The notes: a model not told the origin generated them from the sequence alone. DNA of 64,000 nucleotides from Dehalococcoidia bacterium (GCA_965237635.1 CBDEFX010000002.1:729829-793828), one strand, 5' to 3'; shown: positions 1-10,716, counted from the first letter of the stretch. Made by a program: numbers and translations.

Positions 1-1
1 C

Positions 2-106
2 AAGTCGGAGCGGCTCGATAGTATAGCAGTCTCCGAGGCCGACCTTCGGGCCGTCCAGGAGAGCGAGGCGGAGCACATCAAGAAGATCACAGAGGGTCGG
101 GCATAG
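2..106 (+). CDS. 3' end of an unidentified gene (partial, runs off window)
   Basis: Open frame from base 2 (KSERLDSIAVSEADLRAVQESEAEHIKKITEGRA) to TAG at 104-106; no motif recognised. Confidence 0.35.
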   Translation, partial: KSERLDSIAVSEADLRAVQESEAEHIKKITEGRA

Positions 107-196
107 GCCCCTCGATACGTCCCGATGGGGCGTCGGGACTACTCGGGGTGAACGGTGTTTGAACCTGAAGCTACTGCTACCGAGCCGGGAGGAGCC

Positions 197-448
197 ATGG
201 CGCTGACACAGCACCAGACCCGACACATGATTCTCGAGGCCCTACATACGCTGTCGGACCTACTCTCGGATAAGCCTCTGAATGGTCCCGAAGAGCAGGC
301 GACAACCGTGCTTTGGGGAGGCGATTTGACCGATCCTGACACCGGCCAGGACGCACATGCGGTCGTATATCTGATGTTGACGGAAGATGCCGGTAAAGCG
401 ACGACCATAGCAGACTCTCTTGGCCGTCCGCCATTTCAATCGACTTGA
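197..448 (+). CDS. hypothetical protein (83 aa)
   Basis: GGAGGAG Shine-Dalgarno just before ATG 197; no recognised domain. Confidence 0.45.
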   Translation: MALTQHQTRHMILEALHTLSDLLSDKPLNGPEEQATTVLWGGDLTDPDTGQDAHAVVYLMLTEDAGKATTIADSLGRPPFQST

Positions 449-516
449 CCGGTCATCTCAGCATCACAGCTCCCTCCTCAGTCCTGCCTTGGCAGTCTTC
501 AGCCCAACTCTCACCC

Positions 517-1581
517 TTAGTCTTCTTTCGAGGCAGCGAAAGGGAGGATGCGAGCCGGGTTATCCACGAGGATACGTTCGATGGCCTCCTCGCCGATGCC
601 GCGCATCTTCATCCTCGGCACCGTATTGGCCAGGATGTAGAAGTAGCCGTGGCCCCCGTACCTGAGGGTACGGTCTTTGGAGTAGATGTCATGCGCGACG
701 ACGACCTGGTCTCCGAAGCCCTGCTCGATGACCCACTTGATGTCGTCGATACGCCTGGCGTCGTTGGCCATGTCGAAGGCGGGGTTGGGCACATACCACG
801 ACTCCTCGCGGCCGAACAGGTCCCACTCCAGGTTGCAGCCGGTCTCGGCCATGAGCTTCATGGTCTCTCGCTGGGCGACGGTGCGGTCCATGTGGGACAT
901 GATAGTGCGGTGGACGTCGGCCCCTACGCGGCTGAGGATATCGATTACCCCAATCGGGGCGTATTCGTCGCGGCCGGGATGGATGATCAACGCCGCGCCG
1001 GTGGCGCGTTGGGCGCGGCCTGAGGCCCGCAGTACTTTGGTCTCGTTGGCGGTCATGGGCCACTGGCTGCCGACCTCGCCGATGATGCCGGCCCTGATGT
1101 CGCTGCCGTCGGCCCCTTCGGTGATGTCCCGTACGATCTCTTCGACGATGTCGTCTTCGCTACGTTGGTCCATATCGGCGGGGTGAGACTCGCCGACATA
1201 GTAGGATGACCCCATGACGACGTTGACCCCAGTCCTGCGTGAGATCTCCGCCAGGCCTGTGGGGTTACGCCTAAGGCCCCTTGAAGTGACCTCGACGACG
1301 CTCCCTCCGCCGTGGTCTTTGAAACGTTTCAGCTCCGCCGAGACCTCGTCGACGTCCGAAAGGGTGTAGTTGTCCTTGTTCACGTAGTCGTAGTGAATGA
1401 ACCAGGCCCGCGCCTCCGGGCTCATTGGCGCGTAGTATTTCTCGCGGGCGACGGGGTCGTCAGGTGGCCCCCACACGGGCGTCGGATCAACCAGCAGGTG
1501 CTCGTGGGTGTGAGTCTTGCCGAGCTGGTCAGGCTCGATAAGCCCGAGCACCGTCTGGACCTTTCCGGTCTGTTCTGTCAT
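517..1581 (-). CDS. phosphotriesterase-family (PTE/PHP-like) metallohydrolase
   Basis: VQTVLG start, HTHEH metal motif, GLRRN, GIIGE (Glu bridging ligand), IIHPGR, MSHMD, AHD, NPARIL. Confidence 0.92.
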   Translation of the reverse strand: MTEQTGKVQTVLGLIEPDQLGKTHTHEHLLVDPTPVWGPPDDPVAREKYYAPMSPEARAWFIHYDYVNKDNYTLSDVDEVSAELKRFKDHGGGSVVEVTSRGLRRNPTGLAEISRRTGVNVVMGSSYYVGESHPADMDQRSEDDIVEEIVRDITEGADGSDIRAGIIGEVGSQWPMTANETKVLRASGRAQRATGAALIIHPGRDEYAPIGVIDILSRVGADVHRTIMSHMDRTVAQRETMKLMAETGCNLEWDLFGREESWYVPNPAFDMANDARRIDDIKWVIEQGFGDQVVVAHDIYSKDRTLRYGGHGYFYILANTVPRMKMRGIGEEAIERILVDNPARILPFAASKED

Positions 1582-1820
1582 CGGTGCTCCCAGTTCCTCG
1601 CTCCCAAGTTATCGGTAGCCTGATATCCGCATCGGCCCTGTCTGAAGTAAGAGTAGTCTACACTTCCTCACGGGCTCGCGTGTTAAAGGGTTACGACTTC
1701 GATGTCACGGAGCCTCATGGTATAGTCGCCACAACCCTCTCCATTCCGCGCCGCCGATCAACGTCGAGACGGCGATACCTGTAGTCCCGGAATGAGCGCG
1801 CAGTCGCGGCAGAAAGGCTA

Positions 1821-2684
1821 TTGGTTTTTCAGAGCTTTCTATTCGGACTCATCTCGGCCTTTACGGTTGGCGTAGCCGACCTGCTGGCGGCCTCGACGTC
1901 GAGAAGGATCGGCATCTTTCGGGTTATAGTGGCGACCCACGTCGTAGCCGTCGTGCTCTCGACCACCTATTTGCCCTTCGCCTTCGACTTCAGCGGCGTG
2001 TCGCCTGGAGATTGGCGCGACTTGTTCCTCCTGAGCTTGCTGGTAATCGTAACTCGGACCGTGCTGTACAAGGCGCTCCAAATTGGGCCGGTGGCCGTAG
2101 TGAGTCCCATCGTCGCCACCCCGCTGGCAGCGATCCTACTGGCGGTCGTGGTGGGAGGGGAGCGCCTTACGAGCGGGCAGGTGGTCGGCATCGTTATCAC
2201 CGTTTCCGGAGTGGCTATGACGTCGGTGGACATCAGGGAGCTACACGGCGGACGTCGCCTTATCGGCACAGGCCCGTTGCTGGCGTTCGCCACCATGCTG
2301 GGAGCGGGCACTTGGGCCTACCTCATGGGCTCGCTGTCGCAGAAACTCGGGTGGTTCCAGCCAGGGTACCTGACCAAGGTCATTACCCTGGCGATACTCA
2401 CCCTCATTCAGATAAGAGCCCGGATGTGGTCGTGGCAGGGATTTACGATCAGGACGGTGCTAAGCGTAGTGCTTCTCGGTGCCCTGGAGACGGTTGGGCT
2501 GTTTGCGTTCGCTAGAGGCGCCGAGATCGGTTCAATATCGATCGTTGCGGCGACGTTCAGCGTTTACCCCATCGTGCCTATCGCGGGCGGGCTGCTGATT
2601 TTCAAGGAGAGGCTCGCCCCCAACCAGATAGTTGGGCTCGCCATCGTGATCCCGGGTCTAATAACCCTCGGGGCGATGACCTAG
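1821..2684 (+). CDS. DMT/EamA-family transporter
   Basis: About 10 hydrophobic segments in two halves; YKALQIGPVAVVSPI..GERL and FKERL motifs. Confidence 0.88.
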   Translation: MVFQSFLFGLISAFTVGVADLLAASTSRRIGIFRVIVATHVVAVVLSTTYLPFAFDFSGVSPGDWRDLFLLSLLVIVTRTVLYKALQIGPVAVVSPIVATPLAAILLAVVVGGERLTSGQVVGIVITVSGVAMTSVDIRELHGGRRLIGTGPLLAFATMLGAGTWAYLMGSLSQKLGWFQPGYLTKVITLAILTLIQIRARMWSWQGFTIRTVLSVVLLGALETVGLFAFARGAEIGSISIVAATFSVYPIVPIAGGLLIFKERLAPNQIVGLAIVIPGLITLGAMT

Positions 2685-2698
2685 GCCGTGGGAAGGCG

Positions 2699-5563
2699 CT
2701 ACTCGGGCTCGATGACCGTGAGCCGCCGGTTGGCATCCACGTCGGTCAAGGTCTGCACCTTGCCGCTGGGCCATGTGATTGTCACCGAGTCCGCCACAGC
2801 CGACGCGTCGAGCCCGAAGTGTGCGGCCATCATGTTCTGCCCCATCTGGCTCGAGCCGCCGGATATCTCTCTGATCTGCGTCGTCCCTCCGGCGACCATC
2901 GTTATCCTGGCGCCGATACCATCCCGGTTGCTGAGGCTGCCGACGGTCTTGATTTCCAGCCAGTTGTTGTTGTCGCCACATGCGTTCTGGAATAGCTTGG
3001 CACTCTGCCCCAGATTTGCGACAAACAGATCGAGGCAGCCGTCTTTATTGAAGTCGAGGTAGACGCCGCCTCGCCCGATTCCTTCATCGTCCACACCGCT
3101 CCCCGAGGAGACGTCGCTAAACGTCCCATCCCCTTTGTTTCGGAGCAGGATGTTCGGCTGCTGGACCGGGTTGCCGTGAAGGAGGCCCTTCAAGAACCCG
3201 CTGACGATGTATAGGTCCTCAAGCCCATCGTTGTCGTAGTCGAAGAACATGGTCGCCCAGTCGACGCTCTGTTTGTTCTTGATCCCGATCTCAGCTCCCG
3301 CCTCGACGGTGGTGTTTGTGAACGTCAGGCCATCGCCGTTGTTCCTCAATAGAGCGTTTCTATTCGTATTGGACATGTAGAAATCGAGGAAGCCGTCGAG
3401 GTCGTAGTCTCCTATGGCCAGGCCCATTCCATCGATAATCACGTCTGCCCCGGAGCTCTCGGAGACATCAAGGAATTCCCAGCTCCCGTCTTCGGCGGCG
3501 CCGTCGTTCCGCCACAGAACGTTGGGGTGGACTACTCGCCCGTAGTCGTTGACGACGTACAGGTCCAGGTCACCATCGTTGTCGAAGTCCACCCACCCTG
3601 GTTGGTACCCGGCTCCGGAGATGTTGTTGATGACCTTGCCGTCGCCATCGCGCAAGGCCAATGTATCCCCAAGCAGGGGCGTGACGTCTGTGAAGCTCCC
3701 GTCACCGTTATTGTGATATAGGGCGAGGCTTCTGACATTCTCCGCATAGGGAACTCTATCGTTGAGGAACTCGGGCGCCCACGTTGCAAGATGGCGGACG
3801 ACAATCAAGTCCAGAGAGCCGTCCCGGTCGTAATCGCCCCAGGCGCACCCGGTAGACCGGTGGGTTACGTCTTGGTTGTCGACTGCGGCGACGCCGGTCA
3901 CATCGGTGAACTGCCCATTGCCATTGTTGCGGAAGAGCTTGCTCGAGCCGAAGCTTGTGACGAACAGGTCCTGGTCACCGTCGTTGTCGTAGTCGGCGGC
4001 GCAACCCCCATTCCCCACGCCTTGTGGGTCATCCACGCCTACGGCAACGGCCACGTCGGTGAAGGTCCCGTCCCCTTCGTTGCGGTAGAGGGCATTCGGG
4101 CCCTCGGAGTTAGTGACGTAGATGTCCTGGAATCCGTCGTTGTTGAAATCGAGGACTAGGGCGCCCGCCCCGGTGTTTACGTCAAGGTAGGAGCCCTTAT
4201 CGTCGACTTCCGAGCCCGGTGAGCCGGCTACGACTCCTCCGTTGACTCTCCGATGAACGAAGTCTATACCTGCGGCGAGGCTCACGTCGATGAAGGAAGG
4301 TGTCTCATCCGCCGTGCTCGACTCTCGGCTAGGCGGTGGGGCCTCCGAGGTCGAGGCGTCCGAGGTCTGGGCGGCTTCGGCTCCTCGGAGGCCCACTACG
4401 TCGGCCTCCTCCCAGATGAGCGCGCCGATGCCGAGTACAGCCATCCCTCCGATCGCCGCCAATGCCCAGGTCGCCCCCGCAAACACGACCGTCGCCCGCC
4501 TCGGCATAATCCTGGCCAGCCCCCAGAAGGTTACCGGGCCGCCGGCCGCTGCGGCGAATAGGAGCGTGGCGGCTGGGGCTGTGCCCATTCCGAGAAGCAA
4601 CAAGAGGGCTACAAGAGGAATCTCGAAAAGCAGCGGCACATTGATGGCGATACCTAGAGTAGCCGCAATCGCGACTCCCATGAGGTCGTTCCCCAGGTAA
4701 CGGGAGACCGTCTCGGGACTTATCCACTGGATCGCCAGGCCGCTGGCAAATCCCGCCGCTATCATTATGGGCCCCATACGGACCAGGTAGCCGATGCTCG
4801 TTCTCGCCCAGTCTCGGAAGGCCTCCGTTAGCGCCGGCCCCCATGGAGAAGTCTCCTGATGTTGTTGAATCGGCAGTGAACCCGGTCCGGCATCTTCGTC
4901 TCGTCTGCTCTTCCGCACGGCGAACACTACGATAGGGCCCAGAATCAGGGCTCCTACGAGGGCCAGAACGAGACGACTTAGGCCAAGCAGCGGCGTAAAG
5001 ACGAAGAAGACCATCGCGAGAGCCGGTATATTCAGGGTGGCAGACCCCTGCACCATCGCGATAGCGCCCTCGATCCCGCCTCCCCTCCTCTCGTAGGCCC
5101 GGGAGACGGGCACGATACAGGCGGAGCACAGATTCATCACCGGTCCGACGGCGAGACCCTTGAGCGTTCGCTTAAACGTGCCTCCCGAGATATACCTCGT
5201 CCCGCTGGAGTCAGGGAACAGAAATGACTCCGTAAGACCGGCCACCAGAAAGGCAAACATCATGCCTACGGTGACTAGCCGCAGATAAGTGACAGAGAAG
5301 ACCCACCATCTTGTGAGGAAGTTGGACCCGGGCTCCCTTTCGATACAGAACCCCTGGAAGCACTGGACCTCCGTGGCTGTGACCACATCAAGGTCGCCCC
5401 CCACGATGTCCAGCTTGGGGAAACGGTTAAAGGCGAAAAACAGGGATAGGATCACCAGGAAGAGAACGAGCCCGACGGCCCGTTTCTTCTGTAGCGCCGT
5501 GCCGAGCGACGGCCAGCCAATCTTTAGGGGCAGGCCCGCTAAGGCCCTTGTCATGCCACTCAT
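2699..5563 (-). CDS. DUF318/ArsP-like permease fused to FG-GAP repeat + ASPIC/UnbV (CRTAC1-like) domain
   Basis: N-terminal multi-TM region with NLCSAC motif, S/T/A-rich linker, repeated DxDxDGxxDL motifs, C-terminal NRDGIGARI...HFGL...WPSG signature. Confidence 0.85.
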   Translation of the reverse strand: MSGMTRALAGLPLKIGWPSLGTALQKKRAVGLVLFLVILSLFFAFNRFPKLDIVGGDLDVVTATEVQCFQGFCIEREPGSNFLTRWWVFSVTYLRLVTVGMMFAFLVAGLTESFLFPDSSGTRYISGGTFKRTLKGLAVGPVMNLCSACIVPVSRAYERRGGGIEGAIAMVQGSATLNIPALAMVFFVFTPLLGLSRLVLALVGALILGPIVVFAVRKSRRDEDAGPGSLPIQQHQETSPWGPALTEAFRDWARTSIGYLVRMGPIMIAAGFASGLAIQWISPETVSRYLGNDLMGVAIAATLGIAINVPLLFEIPLVALLLLLGMGTAPAATLLFAAAAGGPVTFWGLARIMPRRATVVFAGATWALAAIGGMAVLGIGALIWEEADVVGLRGAEAAQTSDASTSEAPPPSRESSTADETPSFIDVSLAAGIDFVHRRVNGGVVAGSPGSEVDDKGSYLDVNTGAGALVLDFNNDGFQDIYVTNSEGPNALYRNEGDGTFTDVAVAVGVDDPQGVGNGGCAADYDNDGDQDLFVTSFGSSKLFRNNGNGQFTDVTGVAAVDNQDVTHRSTGCAWGDYDRDGSLDLIVVRHLATWAPEFLNDRVPYAENVRSLALYHNNGDGSFTDVTPLLGDTLALRDGDGKVINNISGAGYQPGWVDFDNDGDLDLYVVNDYGRVVHPNVLWRNDGAAEDGSWEFLDVSESSGADVIIDGMGLAIGDYDLDGFLDFYMSNTNRNALLRNNGDGLTFTNTTVEAGAEIGIKNKQSVDWATMFFDYDNDGLEDLYIVSGFLKGLLHGNPVQQPNILLRNKGDGTFSDVSSGSGVDDEGIGRGGVYLDFNKDGCLDLFVANLGQSAKLFQNACGDNNNWLEIKTVGSLSNRDGIGARITMVAGGTTQIREISGGSSQMGQNMMAAHFGLDASAVADSVTITWPSGKVQTLTDVDANRRLTVIEPE

Positions 5564-6069
5564 AATGCGAACTGAATCCGACGGGTCACAGTCGGCGGAA
5601 AGGGATACATACCTCGCGTCAGCGCCGTCTGGTCAAGCGGTCTCGGATCTTGGTGGCCAAGTCGACTTCCCCCGGTCGGCCAGGAAGAGCAACCCATAGG
5701 ACCAACAAGACTCCGAATACGAACACGGGAAGGGTAGCTTCCAGCCACCAATCTGGCATGTCCCGTGCCCTCCTGTTACCTGGTAGTCCTTAACATCCGT
5801 AATAAGATACGTCATCGTCCCCTCGACAGATTATATCTGACCAACATTTCCCCCATCAAACCCAGCCAGGCGTGGCTCGATCTATTCGGTGGCGAACCGC
5901 AGAGCCTGGTCGACGATATAGTGCAGCAAAAGAGACCTTCGTCCAGAGTATCCACTGTACCCGGAATCGTGGCGTGTCTGTCTGGGTGGGCCAGGCGCCC
6001 GCTGATACCCCTGGTTACTTTTGACGCCCGCGACCTGATGTTCGAAAGACCATCATCGACTCTCTGTAT

Positions 6070-6430
6070 GGTAGCTCTCCAGGTTACCGACGAGGATATA
6101 GTCGAGCATTATAGAGTCGTGGCCGCAGCCGCGGACCTGCCACTGTTCGTGTATAACCTGCCGCAGGTCACGCAGGTCGAAATCACATCCGAGCATATGG
6201 CCAAGATCCAGGAAAACGTACAGCTCGTCGGGCTCGAGCACTCGTCTTTCAAGTTTATCGGCACTCACTACTTCGCTCAGATGGGCTTTGTCTGCCTCAC
6301 GGGCAACGGGCCGCTAATGCTGCCGTCACTCACTGTGGGCGCATCCGGATGCGTCGACGGCGCGCTCGGTTTGGCGCCAGAGATCCGTCGATGCCTGGAA
6401 CTCGACACGGCCGTCCTGCTGGCGGCGTAG
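6070..6430 (+). pseudogene. internal fragment of a dihydrodipicolinate synthase-family aldolase
   Basis: IVEHY..AAADLPLFVYNLPQ motif; expected catalytic Lys replaced (VGLEHSS); both termini missing. Confidence 0.65.
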
Positions 6431-6621
6431 CGAGTCAGGGACACGCCCGCGGTATCGCTGAGGATGGAGTACTAGATAAAGTGTTGCTCGAGCCCATGGC
6501 GGATCAAGCACCTAATAGAGCCCGAGGAGATAGCCGGCTGGCCGTTTTTCTGGCGTCAGAGGATGCACTCTCTATCACAGGTGGATCCTACGCTATCGAC
6601 GGCGGTTGGACGGAGCGGTAG
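6431..6621 (+). pseudogene. C-terminal remnant of an SDR oxidoreductase
   Basis: LAVFLASEDALSITGGSYAIDGGWT matches the typical SDR C-terminus. Confidence 0.6.
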
Positions 6622-8072
6622 CTTTCTGACCACTTGTGTCGGACTCATCGTATTGGGCCTTAGCTACCAACTGAGCCCGGCGCTCATTCTTTGCTGAATC
6701 AGCGCTCTTACCGGCGTTGTCTTTGCTCTCCTCGGCGGGTGGTCCTAGGTCTCCGACCTCAGGGGGGCCTTCGAGCGCTTTTGCTACCAGTTGAGCCTCG
6801 CGTCCCTTCTCTGAGGACTGAGCGTCCTTGCCGGCGTTGTCCTTACCCTTACCCTTGCCCGGTGGTCCTTGGTCTTTTTCCGCAGGCGGACCTTCCTGAG
6901 CTCTCACTACCGGCTGAGCCCCACGTGTCTCGTCTGATGACTGAGTGTCCTTGCTGGCGTCGCCTTGACCATTGTCGGCAGTTGGCCGCTGATATCCGTC
7001 CTCAGGAGGACCTTCCTGGGCCTTTGCTACCGGGCTGAACCTTACGTCTCTCGTCTGGGGACTGAGCGTCCTTGCTGTCGTCACCGTGCCTATTGCCGGT
7101 GGGGGATCGCTGGCCCCCGTCTTCAGGCGGACCTTCCTCGGTCTTCGCTACATGCTGAGCCCCACGTCTCTCGTCTGAGGACTGAGCGTCCTTGCTGGCG
7201 TCGCCTTGACCATTGCCGGTGGGTGGCCGCTGATCTCCTTCCTCAGGCGGAACTTCCTGGGCCTTCGCTACAGGCTGAGCCTTACGTCTCTCGCCCGAGG
7301 ACTGAGCGCCCTTACCGGGGTTGTCGTTGCTCTGGTCCGCGGGTGGTCCGTGGTTTTCACCCTCAGACGGACCTTTTCCGGTCTTCGCTACCGGCTGAGC
7401 CCCGTGGCTTTTCTCCGCAGGCTCGGCGTCCTTGCTCGCGTCGCCTTGACCGTTGTCAACCGGTGGTCGCTGGTCTCTACTCTCGGGGGGACCTTCCTGG
7501 GCCTTCGCTACCGGCTGAGCCCCGCGTTCCTCCTCTGGAGCCGGAGTCTGAGCGCCCTTACCGGGGTTGTCTTTGCTCTCGTCGGCGGGTGGTCCGTGGT
7601 CTCCGCCCTCAGGCGGACCTTCGTGGGCTGTCGCTGCCGGCTCAGCTACGCGTCCCTTGTCCGGAGCCTGAGCATGAGTATCCCTATTGGGGTTGTCTTT
7701 GCTCCCGTCGGCGGCTGGTCCGTGGTCTCCGCCCTCAGGGGGACCCTCTTGGGCCTTTGCCACCGGCCCAGCCACGGGTCCGGTTTCCGCGGATTGAACG
7801 TCCTTGTCGAGGTGGCCCTCATCATTGTCAGCCGAAGGTCCGCGTCCCTTGGCTTTGGGCCGAGCGCCCAGCGGTGCGGTGGGGAACTGAGATCCGCGAC
7901 CCAAGTCTCCAGACGTAGCGCCTGCGGGCCTGGATTCTGGCTCGGTTCTCGGACTCTTCTCCGCAGGCCGAGCGTCCTCTCCTCCTGCTTCGGGTCGAGG
8001 GCTCGTGTTGCCGATATTGTCCTCAACCTTGCCAGCTGGTGATCCAAGGCCCTTGGCGTCGGGCTGACCACT
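6593..8072 (-). pseudogene. low-complexity tandem-repeat protein, 5'-truncated by IS1182-like element, +1 frameshift near 7032
   Basis: ORFs 7002..8072 and 6593..7084 share the 40-42 aa repeat AQPVAKAQEGPPE..DQRPP..QGDASKDAQSSDE; one unit is 121 bp. Confidence 0.7.
6650..7800. repeat. about 10 degenerate tandem repeats of 120-126 bp
   Basis: Equivalent positions at 6671, 6791, 6914, 7035, 7155, 7275, 7395, 7515, 7641, 7767. Confidence 0.9.
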
Positions 8073-8758
8073 GGAGCCTGTCTCATAAGTCGAGCGATGG
8101 GTTTGACGGAGTGTACACTCATTGGAGTCAGACCGACTTAGGGGGTGAAGTCGATGCCACTTCGAGCGAAGGGCCGAGAGCAGATGTGGATGTTGCCGCC
8201 AACGCTTGACGAGCTGGTTCCCCCTGACCATCCGGCAAGATTTGTTGCTGAGTTCGTAGACGCGTTGGACCGGCGCGGATGGGCTGACCTTGGTGTTGAG
8301 ATAGATGGGGAGTCTTTGGGAGCACCGGCGTACCATCCTCGCGCGCTGCTGAGCGTATGGCTGTACGGCTTCATGACGGGGGCACGCTCGTGCCGCAAGC
8401 TGGAGGCGGCTTGCCGGGACCAGATACCGTATCTTTGGCTGACAGGGTGGCAGCATCCGGACCACAACACCTTGTGGAGGTTCTACAAAGGACATCGTCA
8501 AGCTATCAGGAAGTTGTTCAAGCGTACGGTGCGTATGGCGGTGACGATGGGCTTGGTTGACCTGGCGGTGCAAGCAGTAGACGGTACGAAGGTCGGTGCG
8601 AATGCAGCAAAGGATAGGACCTACGATGCCGAGGGATTGCGCCGGCTGTTGGACCGGCTGGAAGGTGCAATAAGCGACCTTGTGGCTCAGAACGAGGCGG
8701 GAGAGGATGCTGTCCCTGCACACTTGCCACAGGAGCTGGCCGACAACGAGACCCTGAG
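8073..8758 (+). mobile_element. IS1182-family element, left part only (transposase from ATG 8154, truncated by IS256)
   Basis: DUF772-type N-terminus (LPPTLDELVPPDHPARF, PAYHP, SCRKLE, PDHNTL, VDGTKV.ANA); putative end GGAGCCTGTCTCATAA. Confidence 0.85.
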
Positions 8759-10126
8759 GAGGTTACGTCAATAGGTGTGTAAACGACATCAGGCGGCGAC
8801 CTTCTCAGCCGTTGATTCAATGGCGATTCCATCCGCATACTGTGCACCGAGATAGACGTCTTCGATCAACTCAGGGGCCTTCAGACGCCTGAAGCGCTGT
8901 TCGGCGACCATCAACATTTTCCAGATCACCGCTATCGCCCGATCGACCCTCTTGTAGCGCTTGGCGGCATCGGTCCGAAGCCTGAGGGCCGCGAAGGGTG
9001 ATTCTACCGGGTTCGTCGTGCGAAGGTGCCCCCAGTGCTCCTTTGGGAAGTCATAGAAGGTGACCATGCGGTCCCAGTCCCGCTCCAAGGCCTCTGAGGC
9101 CGCCTCGTAGGAATGGTCGCCGCACCACCTGGTGAACACCGTCCTGAGCCGCTCAGCCTCTGTCCGAGTCGGCGCGTAGGGGATAGTACGCAGCATGAGC
9201 TTGGCCTGGTCCTGTTGTCGCTTTGGAAGCTTGGCGAGCACGTTTAGGATCTTGTGGTTCCAGCAGCGTTGCTCGGCCGCCTGAGGATAGACGTTGCGCA
9301 GAACTCCCCAGATGCCCAGATGTCCGTCTCCAATTACCAGTCTTGGGCACTCCAGCCCGCGGCGCCTCATGTCCCTGAGCACATCGGACCAGCTCTCTAT
9401 GGACTCCCTGTATCCGGGAATCGCGCTCACCACCACCTTCCTTCCGTCGCTCAGGGCCGCCATCACCACCAGGATCGCCGCCTTCTCCCGCTCAAGACCA
9501 GCCTTGACGTAGACTCCATCCACCCACATGTACACCACTTCCAGGTCATCCAGGGGCCTAGCGCGCCATTGGGCAAGCTCATCGTTCCACTTATCCTTCA
9601 ACCGGGCTACCGTGCTCGCCGATATCGGTGCCTCTTCTCCCAGCAGTCCCCGCACCGCCAGGTCGAAGTCACCTTCGGAAAGGCCATGTAGGTACAACTG
9701 GGGGGTCAGCTCAGCAACCTTCCTGGTCCTGTTGACGAACAGCGGCAGCAGCCGGTTCTCGAACTCCTCTTCGGTGTTGCGGACTCGCGGCCTCCTCAGC
9801 TGTACCGTTCCCGAACTCAGCGTAAGCCTTCGGGGTTTGCCGTATCCGTTCCTATAGCCTCTCTCGTTGTCCGACTCAGACCTGCGGGCCGACTTCGCCC
9901 TTCCTAGAAACTCCGTCACCTCTTCCTCCAGCAACTCCTGGATCAGCCGCTGGACATGGCCTCGCACCCAATCCTCCAACTGCTCCCACTCCGGCCTTGA
10001 CTCCGACCTGCTCCTAGTGCTTCTCTTTCCCATAGGCGGTGTATCTCCTCTCTTGGGCCTTGAGCCCGTGTTGTTCAGAGAGAGGGTACACCGCCTGATC
10101 GTTTACACACTTTTTGAGGATACCTC
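8759..10126 (-). mobile_element. IS256-family element (type A), complete, no target duplication
   Basis: Imperfect TIRs GAGGTTACGTCAATAGGTGTGTAAACGA / GAGGTATCCTCAAAAAGTGTGTAAACGA; near-identical copy at 52521. Confidence 0.92.
8789..10033 (-). CDS. IS256-family (Mutator) transposase, 414 aa
   Basis: YRNGY, WVDGVY, IGDG, QRCWNH, LRTTNPVES motifs. Confidence 0.95.
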   Translation of the reverse strand: MGKRSTRSRSESRPEWEQLEDWVRGHVQRLIQELLEEEVTEFLGRAKSARRSESDNERGYRNGYGKPRRLTLSSGTVQLRRPRVRNTEEEFENRLLPLFVNRTRKVAELTPQLYLHGLSEGDFDLAVRGLLGEEAPISASTVARLKDKWNDELAQWRARPLDDLEVVYMWVDGVYVKAGLEREKAAILVVMAALSDGRKVVVSAIPGYRESIESWSDVLRDMRRRGLECPRLVIGDGHLGIWGVLRNVYPQAAEQRCWNHKILNVLAKLPKRQQDQAKLMLRTIPYAPTRTEAERLRTVFTRWCGDHSYEAASEALERDWDRMVTFYDFPKEHWGHLRTTNPVESPFAALRLRTDAAKRYKRVDRAIAVIWKMLMVAEQRFRRLKAPELIEDVYLGAQYADGIAIESTAEKVAA

Positions 10127-10555
10127 CTTGGCATCCCTCACCCATTGGCCAACGGCGGTGGCTACTTCACGGAGCTGACTCTCGTCGGGAACGGGCATGA
10201 GCGGCGGAGCCTTTGCGAGCAAGTCCTGGAGTTCGGTCATCTTGCCACGCAACGTCAGACTCTCGGTCTGCAGGTAGTCGTCGTCGATCTCACCCATCTG
10301 GTAGAGCCTGAGCATGCGCCGCCTCTGGTTCTCAAGGCTCGCGCTGACTCTTCGCTGCTCCCTCATTAGCGGCGGTGGGCCCCTGGGAGGCTAGTCGATT
10401 CGCCTTGGATAAGATAAGCCGAGGATCAGCTAGGACCTCCACGGCCTGTGCCTTGACAGCTTCCTCGAGCGCCTCCGCGTTCACGTAGAGGGTAGGGCAG
10501 CGATCATGCCTGGGACCAGCAAAGGCGCGCCGGCACCTGTAGTACCGGTAATGTT

Positions 10556-10716
10556 GATTCTCTCGTAAAAAGTCTGTGTAGGTCGAATTAGAACAAACGT
10601 ACCCACACCTGGGTACAATATACAGTCTCTGTTCCGTACACTACCCCAACATACGGTAGCGCGTAGATGTGCTAAATCGCTGGAACTTCCTCAAAACGGG
10701 TTTTTACGAGGGAATC
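10556..10716. mobile_element. 161-bp MITE with 6-bp TSD AATGTT
   Basis: TIRs GATTCTCTCGTAAAAA / TTTTTACGAGGGAATC; removing it plus one TSD restores recombinase frame GQTLKQHYRYYRC. Confidence 0.9.

Noticed and set aside
6650-7800. Periodic array as CRISPR
   Set aside because: Whole 120-126 bp units are similar, with no constant repeat and unique spacer pattern, and no cas genes; it is a coding repeat
6965-8042. Long plus-strand ORFs over the repeat
   Set aside because: Shadow frames kept open by repetition and high GC
7002-8723. 573-aa ORF as one gene
   Set aside because: Its N-terminal part is antisense IS1182 sequence joined at 8073
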